Notes: generated by a model not told the origin, from the letters alone. A DNA stretch of 64,000 nt from an uncultured bacterium (GCA_964644695.1 CAZXWN010000013.1:1-64000), one strand, 5' to 3'. Positions 9,155 through 20,165 are shown, numbered from the stretch's first letter. Translations and numbers: made by a program.

Positions 9155-11076
9155 GGTGCCGGGTGTTCAGTAATATTAATATAATTATAACGGGTTTGGT
9201 CTAAAACACCTTCTAATAATAAACGAAGACTATACACAATTTTGAAGTCCAGGCGGTAATCGGGGGGTGGCACATCAAAGACGTCCCAGCCTATTAATTC
9301 ACCGGAAGCCATGTCTATCACAGCCTCCACCTGTTCGTCCCGATAGATGATTCGGCGTGATGCGGGATGTATCTCCAGGTAATATTCAGCCCCTTTGATT
9401 CGTCCCCAGATTTGACGGCATCCCTCCGAATAAGTATCTTCAGCATAAAAACCATCCCGGTTCTTATACAGCAGGAAGGTGTCTAAACTGGAATAGAATG
9501 CCGGGTACTTGATCCAGGGTTGTGAATAATCCGCCTTCCAGGCTGGACACAATCGGCATTCATTACACAGGTCTGCGAAATTCCCAACCTGTGGAATATC
9601 CTCAATAATCAACTCATCCACATGATCCAATATCAGCCGTTCTCCTTCAATCCGGTACACGGGACATTCCCGGTCTGCCGGAAGAAGTGGCAGAAGGAAG
9701 TTCGCTCCAAATGGACAACTGGGAATCGCCGGCGGGGTTTCAACCACATTCTCCGTCACGGTTGATTTCAGTTGCGCGCACAGGCGCTGAAGTGTTCTTT
9801 TGGCAGCATCGCCGGGATCAACATCTCCCGCACCACTCGATTTGCGGATATATTCTCGGACTGTTTTGGAGTGAGATTCCAACATCCCCGTCTCCAGGTT
9901 TTTCAGATACACATGCAGTCGAGAATATCCACCCGGCCGCAGGATGTCCGTACAGACTGACACCGGAACAAATCCACAGGTAACAGTTTCCGTAAAGTTA
10001 TCCGCATCCACTCCGGCAGAAATCCCCATCGGGTATTGGGCACCAAAAGTTTCACGCACCTTCGCCGCCAGCCGGAGAGCCACCGGACGGAGGGCTTTTC
10101 CGGTAACAAACACTGCCGGTTCTCCGGGAAATTCCGGACGGTGATTCTCTACTAACAGGCCGCGGCAGGATTTGAATCCCAAACTTAATTGAGTGTGTTC
10201 TTTGACGGGTTCCATCTTTTCCATTAATCGCATGAAACCATGCCAATGCGAATCATCCACTCCCAAAGATGGATGGATCTTCAAATCAGGCATGCCGGCA
10301 CAATCCGCCAGGATAGATTCCAGTTCCGACTTACCCAGAAGCATCGGGTCCAGTTTCAGGGAGATGTTCAGTTCCAACTCCTGCATCAGGAATCGGGCCA
10401 TCTTGATCGTCTCATCAATTGGGCAAAATGGAGGAATGTTCAAGGTGGCAGAATCCGCGATCCGCGTTCGGAAAAGCATATCCTTATAACCAGACAACTC
10501 ACGAGGCAGCTCCCGGCGGAATTGTTCCACCAGTTCATGGGCATCCCGTAAGGTTCGGACAAATTTCACAAGTTGGGCATCCTGAAGACTGGACGGCATA
10601 CACTCTATCGTTAAATCAAATACGGTGTCATATCGAGAGGGAGGGATTTTATCTCCCAGGAATCGGGCATGCCGGAACAGGTCCATAATCATGGAAGCCT
10701 TAACACATTCCTGTAAATATAAATCCAGTGGGAGTTCCTGCGGTTGTTCCTGAAGGAAAAGACTTCCCCGGTCAAAGTAGATTCCGGGTTGACGGGTCAT
10801 ATCCACCGCGGCGGAACGGACTGTCTTTAGGGCAAAGATTCGGGCACCGCCCAGCCATCCTAAAATCATCCCCTGCGCCATCTGAGTATGGGGACCTGAA
10901 CTGATTCCCAGGGGAGACGATACTCGGTGCTCATGAAAATCAACACCCGTATCAATCCTTAAGTCAGGCCAGTAAAAGTCTGTTTCCGGCATGTCATATA
11001 TCTGCCGGTCTCGATGCCATTCTAAATAGGCCCTGCGAGCCAGAGTCCTGAAAGGTATAGGGTAAAGTTCAGCCAT
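9151..11076 (-). CDS. Divergent, shortened YgfK-like (dihydropyrimidine-dehydrogenase-like) protein
   Basis: MAELYPIPF, PLGISSGPHTQMAQ..LKTV, SAGVDADNF, VCTDILRPGGYSRL, DLCNEC; central FAD domain absent. Confidence 0.68.
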   Translation of the reverse strand: MAELYPIPFRTLARRAYLEWHRDRQIYDMPETDFYWPDLRIDTGVDFHEHRVSSPLGISSGPHTQMAQGMILGWLGGARIFALKTVRSAAVDMTRQPGIYFDRGSLFLQEQPQELPLDLYLQECVKASMIMDLFRHARFLGDKIPPSRYDTVFDLTIECMPSSLQDAQLVKFVRTLRDAHELVEQFRRELPRELSGYKDMLFRTRIADSATLNIPPFCPIDETIKMARFLMQELELNISLKLDPMLLGKSELESILADCAGMPDLKIHPSLGVDDSHWHGFMRLMEKMEPVKEHTQLSLGFKSCRGLLVENHRPEFPGEPAVFVTGKALRPVALRLAAKVRETFGAQYPMGISAGVDADNFTETVTCGFVPVSVCTDILRPGGYSRLHVYLKNLETGMLESHSKTVREYIRKSSGAGDVDPGDAAKRTLQRLCAQLKSTVTENVVETPPAIPSCPFGANFLLPLLPADRECPVYRIEGERLILDHVDELIIEDIPQVGNFADLCNECRLCPAWKADYSQPWIKYPAFYSSLDTFLLYKNRDGFYAEDTYSEGCRQIWGRIKGAEYYLEIHPASRRIIYRDEQVEAVIDMASGELIGWDVFDVPPPDYRLDFKIVYSLRLLLEGVLDQTRYNYINITEHPAP

Positions 11077-11283
11077 TTTCCTGCACTTCCCTCCGAGTAT
11101 GGGCTTCTAATCAAAGACTAGCACATCTTCTAACCAATTTACGCTACATTATTTCCATCCCATATAATCTGTATCTCCCTGTCATTTTACACACTTATCC
11201 CGCCCAGTCAAAATAATGTGACACTTCAATAAAACAGCTTAAGTGGATATTGATCTAAGGGAGTCTAATTCAAATTTGTAGAG

Positions 11284-12552
11284 TTACGAATGGGAAGATT
11301 CCGTGGGTGGTTGAAATTCCCACGTCTGTTCCTGATGGAATACGCCCTCATCTCCCGGTTTCCCCAACGACATAAAAATGGAATACAGGCAGGCGTGATA
11401 ATCATACGCGGTCTCGTCAGCAATCGGTTCCCGGTAAATCCCACAGGATAACAGATACTTTCCCTGCTGAAGATTAAACTGCGGATAACTCACCTTCAAC
11501 TCACCTTCACCGGGAGAGATTCTTTCCACCACTTCATGCCGCAACCGGGTATTGGACCCATTAAGATAGTGCCCATTTTCATCCGCCCATCCAATCCCAA
11601 AAATGGGATTCTCAATCGTCTGATGAGCTTTATATTTGATTCGAATCTCCAGAGGTTCTCCGGGAGTAAAGATATACTTTTCCTCACCTGTCCCACCAAA
11701 AATATGAACCTCCGTAATCTCAATCTCACGAGACCCTGTACGGAATCCCGACTTGGCAGTCGGTATCACCTGGACATCACTGAACTGACGCGCCAGTTCC
11801 ATCCGACGGTTCATGATGCGTTCATAATAGATTTTTACTACTTCCCGGGCATCACCGTCTTTTTCGATGTGACCATGATTCAGAAGGATTGCCCGGTGGC
11901 TGACTTTTTCAATCATCCCCAAATCGTGGGAGACAATAACGATAGTCTTTCCTTCCTGCTGGAATCGGCGAATCTTATCCACACATTTTGCCTGGAAGGC
12001 TCCATCCCCTACCGCCAGAACTTCGTCCACTAACAAAACTTCCGGATCGGTATGAATGGCAATCGAAAATCCCAGTCTGACATACATCCCGGAAGAATAA
12101 TGTTTGATGGGGCTGTCGATGAAATCCCGTAACTCCGCAAACTCAATAATATCTTCCATCCGCTCATTCAGGACCTTCTCCGAAATCCCAAGGATGGACC
12201 CATTCAAATAAATATTCTCTCTGCCGGTCAAATCAGGATGAAACCCTGCGCCCAGCTCCAGTAATGCGGCAATCTTCCCGTTGACATGGAGTAACCCCGA
12301 TGTCGGAGGCGTAATCCCCAGAAGCAGTTTCAGAAGGGTACTCTTCCCGGCTCCATTATCTCCGATAATCCCCAGCGTCTGGCCTCGGGGAACCGTAAAA
12401 GAAATATCCTTCAAGGCCGTGAAGTCCTGTGCCGGTGTCCATTTCCAAAACATCAATGTATTCAGAAATAATTCCCGGATAGAACCCATTTTCTCCAGGC
12501 GGAGCTTGAAACTCTTTGTCAACGATTCAACTTTAATAGCCGGTGTAGTCAT
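11284..12552 (-). CDS. wzt: Polysaccharide ABC exporter ATP-binding subunit with Wzt C-terminal domain
   Basis: GDNGAGKST, LLELGAGFHPDLTGREN, YSSGMYVRLGF, DEVLAVGD; C-terminal extension. Confidence 0.9.
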   Translation of the reverse strand: MTTPAIKVESLTKSFKLRLEKMGSIRELFLNTLMFWKWTPAQDFTALKDISFTVPRGQTLGIIGDNGAGKSTLLKLLLGITPPTSGLLHVNGKIAALLELGAGFHPDLTGRENIYLNGSILGISEKVLNERMEDIIEFAELRDFIDSPIKHYSSGMYVRLGFSIAIHTDPEVLLVDEVLAVGDGAFQAKCVDKIRRFQQEGKTIVIVSHDLGMIEKVSHRAILLNHGHIEKDGDAREVVKIYYERIMNRRMELARQFSDVQVIPTAKSGFRTGSREIEITEVHIFGGTGEEKYIFTPGEPLEIRIKYKAHQTIENPIFGIGWADENGHYLNGSNTRLRHEVVERISPGEGELKVSYPQFNLQQGKYLLSCGIYREPIADETAYDYHACLYSIFMSLGKPGDEGVFHQEQTWEFQPPTESSHS

Positions 12553-12703
12553 GTCAACTATTATAAGGTGAACCGAAGACACTCTGATACTCTTTCACAC
12601 GATTTCTTATTTTCTTTCATTTCATCCCCCGAATAATTCTTGTCCTCCTCCCCACCAGATTCCTCCAGGAGACCTTTCCCCACTGTAAATGTCGTTTGCC
12701 ACC

Positions 12704-12725
12704 AACGAAGCAGAAACGAATCGGG
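12704..12725 (-). repeat. Dispersed 22-bp motif, copy 2
   Basis: Reverse complement CCCGATTCGTTTCTGCTTCGTT. Confidence 0.75.
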
Positions 12726-12834
12726 TCCCTTCCACACAAGTACAATTCTTGTGGGACTTTGGTATTACTGGACATCTGGGACAGGGTGATGGAAAATGAT
12801 AAGCGGTATTGATATCCCTCGACTGGAGGCCGTC

Positions 12835-14190
12835 ATGGATAAAACATTTACTTATATTGAGTCTAATAAGGACCGATACTTACAGGAATTAAAAGAGTTC
12901 TTATCATTTGCTTCTGTAAGTAAACACTCCCAGAGAAAACAAGACACTCGCAACTGTGCCCTCTGGCTGAAAGAACATCTGACCAAACTGGGAATGAAAA
13001 CCCAATTACTGGAAACGGATAACCATCCCATTGTAAAAGCGGAACTCGCCGGACAATCCGCAAAACGGTTGATGGTCTATGGCCATTATGATGTCCAACC
13101 GGCTGAACCCCTTGAGTTATGGGAAACACCCCCTTTTGAAGCCACCTTCAAAGATGGTTTCATTATCGCCCGGGGTGCCACAGATGATAAGGGCCAGCTG
13201 TTCTGTCATGTAAAAGCTGTGGAGGCCCTTCTGGCCACTCAGGGTTCACTTCCCTGTTCCCTCCTTTTCCTGATTGAAGGGGAAGAAGAGGGCGGAGGAG
13301 ACGGACTGAAACAATATGTCCAGAAAGCCAAATCCGAATTAGGATGTGAGGCAATCATCGTTTCTGACGGTTCCATGTATGGAGAAAATACACCCGCTAT
13401 CTGTTATGGCCTGCGTGGCATTGTCTCCCTGGAAATAATTATCCACGGTCCTAAACAGGACCTTCACTCCGGTACTTTTGGTGGGGCGGTTGCAAACCCG
13501 GCATTGGTTTTATCCCGGATTCTCGCCAAATGTATGGATGAGTCCGGACGTATCAGCATCCCCGGTATCTATGACCAGGTCCGTCAGGTCGAACCATGGG
13601 AAAAAGACAATCTCAAAAAACTGAATTTCGATGATACCCGGTTCAAACAACAGCTTGGCATCAAGGAAACCTTCGGAGAACCTTACTTCAGTACACCCGA
13701 ACGGACTTGGGCTCGCCCGACCTTTGAAGTCAATGGCATTTATGGTGGATACGCCGGGGAAGGCGGAAAGACCATCATTCCATCCTATGCCGGAGCTAAA
13801 ATTACCCTCCGTCTGGTGCCGGATATGCAGGCAGAGACGGTCTGTAAATTAGTCGGTGATTACCTCCGGAGTCTCGTCCCACCCACTGTCACCCTTGAGA
13901 TGAGAGGACCCTCTGGCTCTAACCCAATGATTGTGGATGTGGACCAACCCATTATAAAAGCAGGGATGGAAGCACTTAAAGCCGGCTTTGGAAAAGACCC
14001 GGTCTTCATCCGTGAAGGGGGTTCAATTCCTGTCATCAAGACCATGTGGGAAAACCTTCATGTCCCCGTTCTCCTTATGGGTTTGGGTTGTGACAGTGAT
14101 GGGGCCCATGCTCCCAATGAACGATTTGCTATCGACAGTTTCATTAAGGGTATTAAGTCATCGGCTGCCCTTCTGGGGCGATATAAATAA
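12835..14190 (+). CDS. M20 family dipeptidase
   Basis: YGHYDVQP, ARGATDDKG, EGEEE, DLHSG, GGSIP, HAPNE; ATG 12835 follows GGAGG. Confidence 0.92.
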   Translation: MDKTFTYIESNKDRYLQELKEFLSFASVSKHSQRKQDTRNCALWLKEHLTKLGMKTQLLETDNHPIVKAELAGQSAKRLMVYGHYDVQPAEPLELWETPPFEATFKDGFIIARGATDDKGQLFCHVKAVEALLATQGSLPCSLLFLIEGEEEGGGDGLKQYVQKAKSELGCEAIIVSDGSMYGENTPAICYGLRGIVSLEIIIHGPKQDLHSGTFGGAVANPALVLSRILAKCMDESGRISIPGIYDQVRQVEPWEKDNLKKLNFDDTRFKQQLGIKETFGEPYFSTPERTWARPTFEVNGIYGGYAGEGGKTIIPSYAGAKITLRLVPDMQAETVCKLVGDYLRSLVPPTVTLEMRGPSGSNPMIVDVDQPIIKAGMEALKAGFGKDPVFIREGGSIPVIKTMWENLHVPVLLMGLGCDSDGAHAPNERFAIDSFIKGIKSSAALLGRYK

Positions 14191-14229
14191 TATAGGAGTT
14201 TTACCGAATTTGTAAGGGAGATTGTAACG

Positions 14230-15384
14230 ATGTTAAAAAAGTTTTTTTATAGTCTGCTGTTCCTGCTTCCAGTCCTGAGTCTGGCCATTCCGGTGGCGCA
14301 GACACCCCAGGTAACATGGGCTCAGGGAAGTACTCGAATCACCATTGCCATTGATGACATGAATAAAAATGTCCGCATCTCTAAACTCATGTCTCAGAAA
14401 AATACCGTCTTCTTTGATGTCTATGGCATCAATGCCAAACGGGCCCGAATGATTGTTTATCCTCAGAACACTTTTGCCACCAAGGTCGTTGTATCCCAGT
14501 TCTCCAGTGATAGTGTTCCCATAGTCCGGGTTGTTCTGTTTCATCAGGGTGGTTTGAAAAAAGCTCGTTATCTTCTCACCCCCGAACTGACCAGTAACGG
14601 TATCCTCATTGATTATAATGACCCCCGGCTGCCTAGTGGTGAAATCCCGATTCCAGCATCGGTCACCACTAAAAATGAAACACCGGTTCCTCCTCCGACC
14701 CCTAAACCGGTCAAGGAAAAACCCATCATCAAAAAAGAAGAACCCAAGCCGGTCACCCCAACAGTAAATACCACAATTCCGGCCCCCAAACCAACACCCG
14801 TTCCAGAACCTGATGTATTGAAACCCATGGTCCTTGAACCAAAAAAGCCGGAAGTAAAAAAGGAAGAACCTAAACCTCTCAAGATTTCTAAAGAAGGAGT
14901 TTCCGCTCCTCCTATCCAAAGACGCGTCACTGCCAAATTTACCGATGCAGACCTGTATAGTGTCGTCCGAGCGCTCTCCTCTCAGGCCGGATTAAATATT
15001 TATTCCGGACTGAAACTCGAGGGAAAAGTCACTCGGGAAATCAAGGATGAACCGGTCGGCGAGATCCTCCGGGTCATCTTGGAAGAAAATAAATACAAAA
15101 TGGATATCATCAATCCGGAATCCATCAAAATCACAGAAATCTCCAAGAAACCAGATCCGATTGCCGCATCAACCAAGCCGGAAATCAAAGTATTCACCCT
15201 GTCGCTCAAGGAATTTGATATGTTAAGAGCCCGGATGAATGTCCTCTTGAATGAAAGAGTCCGCGAAGGGCAAACAAAACCGGAAGTAAATGCCGCCACA
15301 GTGACCTTTGTGGTGACAGCCACTCCCGACACCTTGAATGCGCTGGATGAACTAATCAAAACCCAAAAAGAAACAAATCCCTGA
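14230..15384 (+). CDS. Exported AMIN + STN/N0 + secretin-N domain protein (PilQ-like, no secretin barrel)
   Basis: Signal peptide, AMIN-like ..FDV..VSQFS..VRVVL, Pro/Lys linker, FTDADLYSVVRALSSQAGLNI, VVTATPDTLNALDELIK then stop. Confidence 0.68.
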   Translation: MLKKFFYSLLFLLPVLSLAIPVAQTPQVTWAQGSTRITIAIDDMNKNVRISKLMSQKNTVFFDVYGINAKRARMIVYPQNTFATKVVVSQFSSDSVPIVRVVLFHQGGLKKARYLLTPELTSNGILIDYNDPRLPSGEIPIPASVTTKNETPVPPPTPKPVKEKPIIKKEEPKPVTPTVNTTIPAPKPTPVPEPDVLKPMVLEPKKPEVKKEEPKPLKISKEGVSAPPIQRRVTAKFTDADLYSVVRALSSQAGLNIYSGLKLEGKVTREIKDEPVGEILRVILEENKYKMDIINPESIKITEISKKPDPIAASTKPEIKVFTLSLKEFDMLRARMNVLLNERVREGQTKPEVNAATVTFVVTATPDTLNALDELIKTQKETNP

Positions 15385-15422
15385 TCTATTTCAAACGCCG
15401 CACCCTTTATAATAAGTCATTT

Positions 15423-15466
15423 AAATACCCCAATACCTTTCACTAAATGGTATTGGGGTATTTTTT
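15423..15466. terminator. Intrinsic terminator
   Basis: AAATACCCCAATACC..GGTATTGGGGTATTTTTT. Confidence 0.85.
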
Positions 15467-15504
15467 ATGAGATTCCGTTTTCCGTATAGCAACTCTACTT
15501 ATGT

Positions 15505-15873
15505 TTACTCAAATATGCACCAATGCACGCCAAACTTATCAATAAGACAAAAACAATGTTTACTATAACCCGAATCTCCTATTGGCTCGTGTGGTGATGC
15601 CCCTTCTTTCAAAACCTCATATATCTTGTACACCTTGTCTGCGTTCCCCATGCCAAGATGCAAACATAATTGCATTGTGTTTCCGGGATTAGGCTCTTTT
15701 GAATTTAATTCAGATAAAGCAAGGATTTGCCCATATACATCAAGTTCTGCATGCATATAAGTGCCATCCTCTTGTGGATAAGCACAGACAAGTTTTGCAT
15801 CAAATGCTTTTTGATAGAACTCCAGTGCTTTATCACTTCCGACAACATTAACTTGAAACAGCGACCTTAACAT
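15505..15873 (-). CDS. VOC/PhnB-like glyoxalase family protein
   Basis: ALEFYQKAF, MHAEL, LIDKFGVHW. Confidence 0.85.
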   Translation of the reverse strand: MLRSLFQVNVVGSDKALEFYQKAFDAKLVCAYPQEDGTYMHAELDVYGQILALSELNSKEPNPGNTMQLCLHLGMGNADKVYKIYEVLKEGASPHEPIGDSGYSKHCFCLIDKFGVHWCIFE

Positions 15874-16040
15874 AACTTTGCCCCTCTTTTTACGCTCGGT
15901 TTGTTGGTTACAGCGTATCTCGCATTATGATACCACCAGCATCACGGAATCTTATGAAACATACTTATATCCCACAAGGAAAAAGCATCCCACACATAAC
16001 CATGAGATGCCTTTTCTAAAAGATATATTTATAAAACATA

Positions 16041-17195
16041 CTATTTGACGAACTTCTTTATAGACGGGTAAAGGTTTTTTGCCATACGGTCCATCCCCAA
16101 ATCATTGAAGTGGACACCATCCACTGTACCTTCACCATCTGAGCCAATCAAATCCTTTGCGGATACAAGGTATAAATATTTAACACCCTGCTTCTTCAAT
16201 GATTGAACGGAGTTCTCCTGTTTAATACTGGTGCTTGTCGGATGAGCATCCGGGCGGATTGATGTTCGGCCAACAAACACAATGGGCGTTTTAGGATGGG
16301 TCTTGCGGATGCTGGTTACCAGATTGTTGATGCGCTCATCATATTCCTTCTGAGAAATGTCTCCGACATTGGCCAGACAATCAATCACATAAACGGCTGG
16401 GTCTAATTGAGCATATATCTCACCAATCCCCAGATCCATTCTGCCGGAACCAGAGAACCCAAGGTTGATAATAGGACGGTCAAGTTGTCTGCTGAGAATC
16501 GAAGTCCATGCCATACCCGGACGGGATGCACATCCCCCCTGAGTAATTGAAGTCCCATAGATTGCAATAGGCTGCCGCTTATTCGCAGGTCGCGGTGCCG
16601 GCTTATCAAGTTTTGCGCTCTGTGGAACGCCAATTTCCAGTAACTTGATTCCATTGTATAACGGCAAATACAGTAAGCATTCTTTAGTGCCCTTGAAGGA
16701 ATTAGGGAACTCAAAGGTAACATCATTCCCTTCCACTTTAGTGGGTCTGCCATTGGCAATAAAGGTCCACACTCCCTTGGCGGAGCGTGCGTATAAATCA
16801 ACACCACTGACACCCGTTGCGGGCATGTGTGGCATAGCAAGCATGTCATTATTCAGGTCCCATCGAACTTCAACCATTGGAGCATTGGTTGTAAAACGAA
16901 TGCTGATTCCAGCAGAATTCTTACTTAACCCCCAGGCTGATGTATTAATAATGGCCTGAGCTTCATCCGGTAAACGGTCAAACGGTCCTGAAGTGTTTGT
17001 CCATCCCTTTCCCTCAACTTCCAGGGTTGTTGCATTACACCATTTTATTTCCTCTGCAGTCACACCGCCTGACTGAAGCAAAAGGACTGCAAATATGAAC
17101 ATCAATACCCAGCTGGCGGATATTTGGTTTGATGGCTTTGATGGTTTCTTGGACGGCTTTGTGTTTTGGGAGGTTGTTTTCTTCAAGGGACTCAC
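16041..17195 (-). CDS. Secreted SGNH/GDSL hydrolase (GxDLY N-terminal domain)
   Basis: GVDLY, YGTSITQG, NLGFSGSG, DGVH. Confidence 0.88.
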   Translation of the reverse strand: MSPLKKTTSQNTKPSKKPSKPSNQISASWVLMFIFAVLLLQSGGVTAEEIKWCNATTLEVEGKGWTNTSGPFDRLPDEAQAIINTSAWGLSKNSAGISIRFTTNAPMVEVRWDLNNDMLAMPHMPATGVSGVDLYARSAKGVWTFIANGRPTKVEGNDVTFEFPNSFKGTKECLLYLPLYNGIKLLEIGVPQSAKLDKPAPRPANKRQPIAIYGTSITQGGCASRPGMAWTSILSRQLDRPIINLGFSGSGRMDLGIGEIYAQLDPAVYVIDCLANVGDISQKEYDERINNLVTSIRKTHPKTPIVFVGRTSIRPDAHPTSTSIKQENSVQSLKKQGVKYLYLVSAKDLIGSDGEGTVDGVHFNDLGMDRMAKNLYPSIKKFVK

Positions 17196-17303
17196 CTTAT
17201 AAATAGATTTTGTTCCATAACATTTTCGTTAATACTTGAAATTTTACCACTATTAGAACAAAGGTATGTCCCGGGAATTTTTGTAGCTCTACTATTTCAT
17301 CCT

Positions 17304-19028
17304 TCAACTATCCAGTTTGGGAAGATTCTTTTCAGCCATCAAAACTTCGCTTAATCGCTCTCGTAGCTGTTGATACTGCTTCTCTGCTCTCTGAAGTTCC
17401 GCTTTGATATTCTCGTATTCCCGACGCACAGGTTCATATACCATCACCTGCCAACTGTATAATCGCCGTTGATGAAGTGTTTTTGAATATCGACGGATAC
17501 CATATAACACCCCAATGGATAACATCAAAGCACCCACTAATGTTACTAAATGTATTAACGCCAACATTAAGTGATGACTGACATTTTTCCCGTCAGCAAT
17601 CATTTGATAATGGTCCAGGAAAGACTTGATATTTCCACTCGGTAAAAAGATAAGATAAAGAACCAGCATCGCACCTGTCAATCCATAAAATATGCCCCGT
17701 AAATTGTATTCTATGTTCCGTGCCTTTTCTTGATGATGGTGTTCTTCAAAAGTCAGACTTTCCAACTCATGCCCTTTGTGTTTTTCTTTTTCCTGTAGAG
17801 ATTCCAGTTGGTTTTCCACTTGTTGGCATTTTGCTGTCAGTTTATCCACCAGACGAAGCTTCTTTAATAAGAGTCCGGAAAGTGCCGCCGACTGTGTCGC
17901 ATGCTCGCAGCTGTTGATTCCCAGTAAATGTCGAGCTTGTTCGACTTGTTGGTGAAGAAAAGTTGAAAAACCTGCATTGGAGGGCGAACTATTTCCCGGC
18001 AGGTCGAGAAACTTCTCCAATTCTTCTTCGGCCTGCTTTAATTGTTGTCGAGCTTGATAGATGGTTGTGGTGACCAGCTCCTCATAATCACTGACGAGTC
18101 TCTCCTGAATAAGTTTCCAGTCAGGATCCAATATGGCACGAATATACCACCCGGGTTGTACTTTCCCTAACTCATCAAGCCGCTTCTTATACTCGACCTC
18201 AAAACCACCCAAAAACAAGTAGGTCGCCAGCCGATACAATGCTCTCGGCCTCATCTCTGGAGTCGAAACCTCCACAGCCTTTTTTTGTATTTCCATGGCT
18301 CGAATATAATTCTGGTTTGCATAATATGACCGTGCCCACACCTCATATGCACGGGTTCGGTCATTTATATCTTTATGCGGCAGAGAATCAAACATCAGTT
18401 TGAAGTAGTTCTCCGCATTTGTCGGCCGATTGAGATGTAGAAAAGTAAATGCCATCCAGGTAAGAGCATGTGTGTCGGATGGATTAATGAATAAGATGGA
18501 TTCAAAGTTCTCCCGGGCCTTATCTAAACGGTTAGCCATTAAGTTCTCAACCCCGGACAACAACTTGTTTTTTCCCTTCGTGAGACTGGCATCCGTCCCA
18601 AGCATTGGTTTCCCTGCCCCGGGATAAAGGACTTCCAGCATTTGCATGGTCTCCAACATTTCGTTTCCCATCAAATCCTGAAGATACCGGATAAGCGGAT
18701 ATATCCCTTCTGTTTCTGGTTGGGGCATTCGGCTTTTCAATGATTCGATCCAAAGGGTACATTCCTGCTGAGTCATTGGATAATCCGCCCATTTCAGAAT
18801 ACTTTCCTTCAGATAGGCTTCCATGGCGCTCAGTTGTTTCTGGGCCAGTTCATTGTATTGGATTCGAAGTTCCCACGCCTCGGGTATCTTCTCATCCTCA
18901 TGGACCAGCAGTGTATTCCAGGGTATGTCATACCCTCCAGAGATAAAACGATTGATTAGTGTTCGGCCTGGCATAGATTCCGCCGTTCCCTCTCTTTCAC
19001 CCAGATTCCAGTACGCCCGTCCCAACAA
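17304..19028 (-). CDS. TPR-repeat, coiled-coil membrane protein
   Basis: TPR-like helices in the middle, two hydrophobic helices near the C-terminus; TTG start uncertain. Confidence 0.65.
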   Translation of the reverse strand: MLGRAYWNLGEREGTAESMPGRTLINRFISGGYDIPWNTLLVHEDEKIPEAWELRIQYNELAQKQLSAMEAYLKESILKWADYPMTQQECTLWIESLKSRMPQPETEGIYPLIRYLQDLMGNEMLETMQMLEVLYPGAGKPMLGTDASLTKGKNKLLSGVENLMANRLDKARENFESILFINPSDTHALTWMAFTFLHLNRPTNAENYFKLMFDSLPHKDINDRTRAYEVWARSYYANQNYIRAMEIQKKAVEVSTPEMRPRALYRLATYLFLGGFEVEYKKRLDELGKVQPGWYIRAILDPDWKLIQERLVSDYEELVTTTIYQARQQLKQAEEELEKFLDLPGNSSPSNAGFSTFLHQQVEQARHLLGINSCEHATQSAALSGLLLKKLRLVDKLTAKCQQVENQLESLQEKEKHKGHELESLTFEEHHHQEKARNIEYNLRGIFYGLTGAMLVLYLIFLPSGNIKSFLDHYQMIADGKNVSHHLMLALIHLVTLVGALMLSIGVLYGIRRYSKTLHQRRLYSWQVMVYEPVRREYENIKAELQRAEKQYQQLRERLSEVLMAEKNLPKLDS

Positions 19029-19094
19029 CGGGTACTACCCCTTTTACCCATTATAAGACATTTTATCCAGAAATATAGTTTGGAATTCGAATAT

Positions 19095-19127
19095 AAAAAA
19101 CCGGAGCAGAAAATTGTCCTGCTCCGG
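19095..19127 (-). terminator. Terminator of the sulfur operon
   Basis: CCGGAGCAG..CTGCTCCGG hairpin with T-run on the minus strand after cysK. Confidence 0.8.
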
Positions 19128-19154
19128 CCCATTACTCTTGTGATTAATTTGTTT

Positions 19155-20144
19155 TTATACCTGTTTAACAAAGGCTTCCAACACTTCTGCCTCATCAGAC
19201 TCACCCGTGATATCCGCAAATATCCAGGAGGATAAATACCGCTCCGCCATCGATGGAATAATGACAACGATGAGTTTCCCGGCATTCTCCGGACGGGCAC
19301 CCACCTGCAACGCCGCCCATACCGCCGCACCGGAGGATATCCCTATCGGCACACCTTCCGTTTTTGCGACAGTCTTTGATATCAATGCCGCATCATCATC
19401 TTTCACGGTGATAATTTCATCAATAATAGAAGTATCCAGAATCTTCGGAATAAATCCCGCACCGATACCCGCCAACTTGTGAGGTCCTGGCTGGCCTCCC
19501 GATAAGACGGGACTGGTCGCAGGTTCCACAGCGATGGCTTTGAATTCAGGCTTTTTCTCCTTTAGTGCCTGGGCAATACCCGTGATGGTTCCACCTGTCC
19601 CGACACCAGCCACAATGAAATCAGCTTTCCCATCTGTATCCCGCCAAATCTCTTCCGCAGTAGTTTTTCGATGGATTGCCGGATTTGCCGGATTTTCAAA
19701 TTGCTGGGGAATAAATGAATCTGCAATTTTCTCAGATAACTCAATCGCTTTCGCAACAGCACCCCCCATGCCCTTAGAGCCCTCGGTCAGAACAACCTTT
19801 GCACCAAGAACCTTCAATAACTTTTTCCGCTCGAGGCTCATCGTCTCAGGCATTGTAAGTATCAGCGTATATCCTTTGGCCGCCGCCGCAAAAGCCAACC
19901 CGATTCCAGTGTTTCCGGATGTCGGTTCGATGAGAACTGTTTTGCCCGGTGTGATTTTTCCGGACTTCTCTGCTTCCTCCAGCATCGCAACACCGATGCG
20001 ATCTTTTATGGAACTCAGTGGATTAAAAAACTCCAGCTTTAACACAATATCCGCCACCACATTGTATTGCTTGGGCAGACGGTTCAATCGTACTAACGGT
20101 GTATTCCCTACCGTTTGTGTAATGTTGTCGTATATAGCCATCAT
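19155..20144 (-). CDS. cysK: Cysteine synthase A
   Basis: [35 protein letters not shown]. Confidence 0.95.
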   Translation of the reverse strand: MMAIYDNITQTVGNTPLVRLNRLPKQYNVVADIVLKLEFFNPLSSIKDRIGVAMLEEAEKSGKITPGKTVLIEPTSGNTGIGLAFAAAAKGYTLILTMPETMSLERKKLLKVLGAKVVLTEGSKGMGGAVAKAIELSEKIADSFIPQQFENPANPAIHRKTTAEEIWRDTDGKADFIVAGVGTGGTITGIAQALKEKKPEFKAIAVEPATSPVLSGGQPGPHKLAGIGAGFIPKILDTSIIDEIITVKDDDAALISKTVAKTEGVPIGISSGAAVWAALQVGARPENAGKLIVVIIPSMAERYLSSWIFADITGESDEAEVLEAFVKQV

Positions 20145-20165
20145 GGCCTCCTGTAACTGTTTTTA

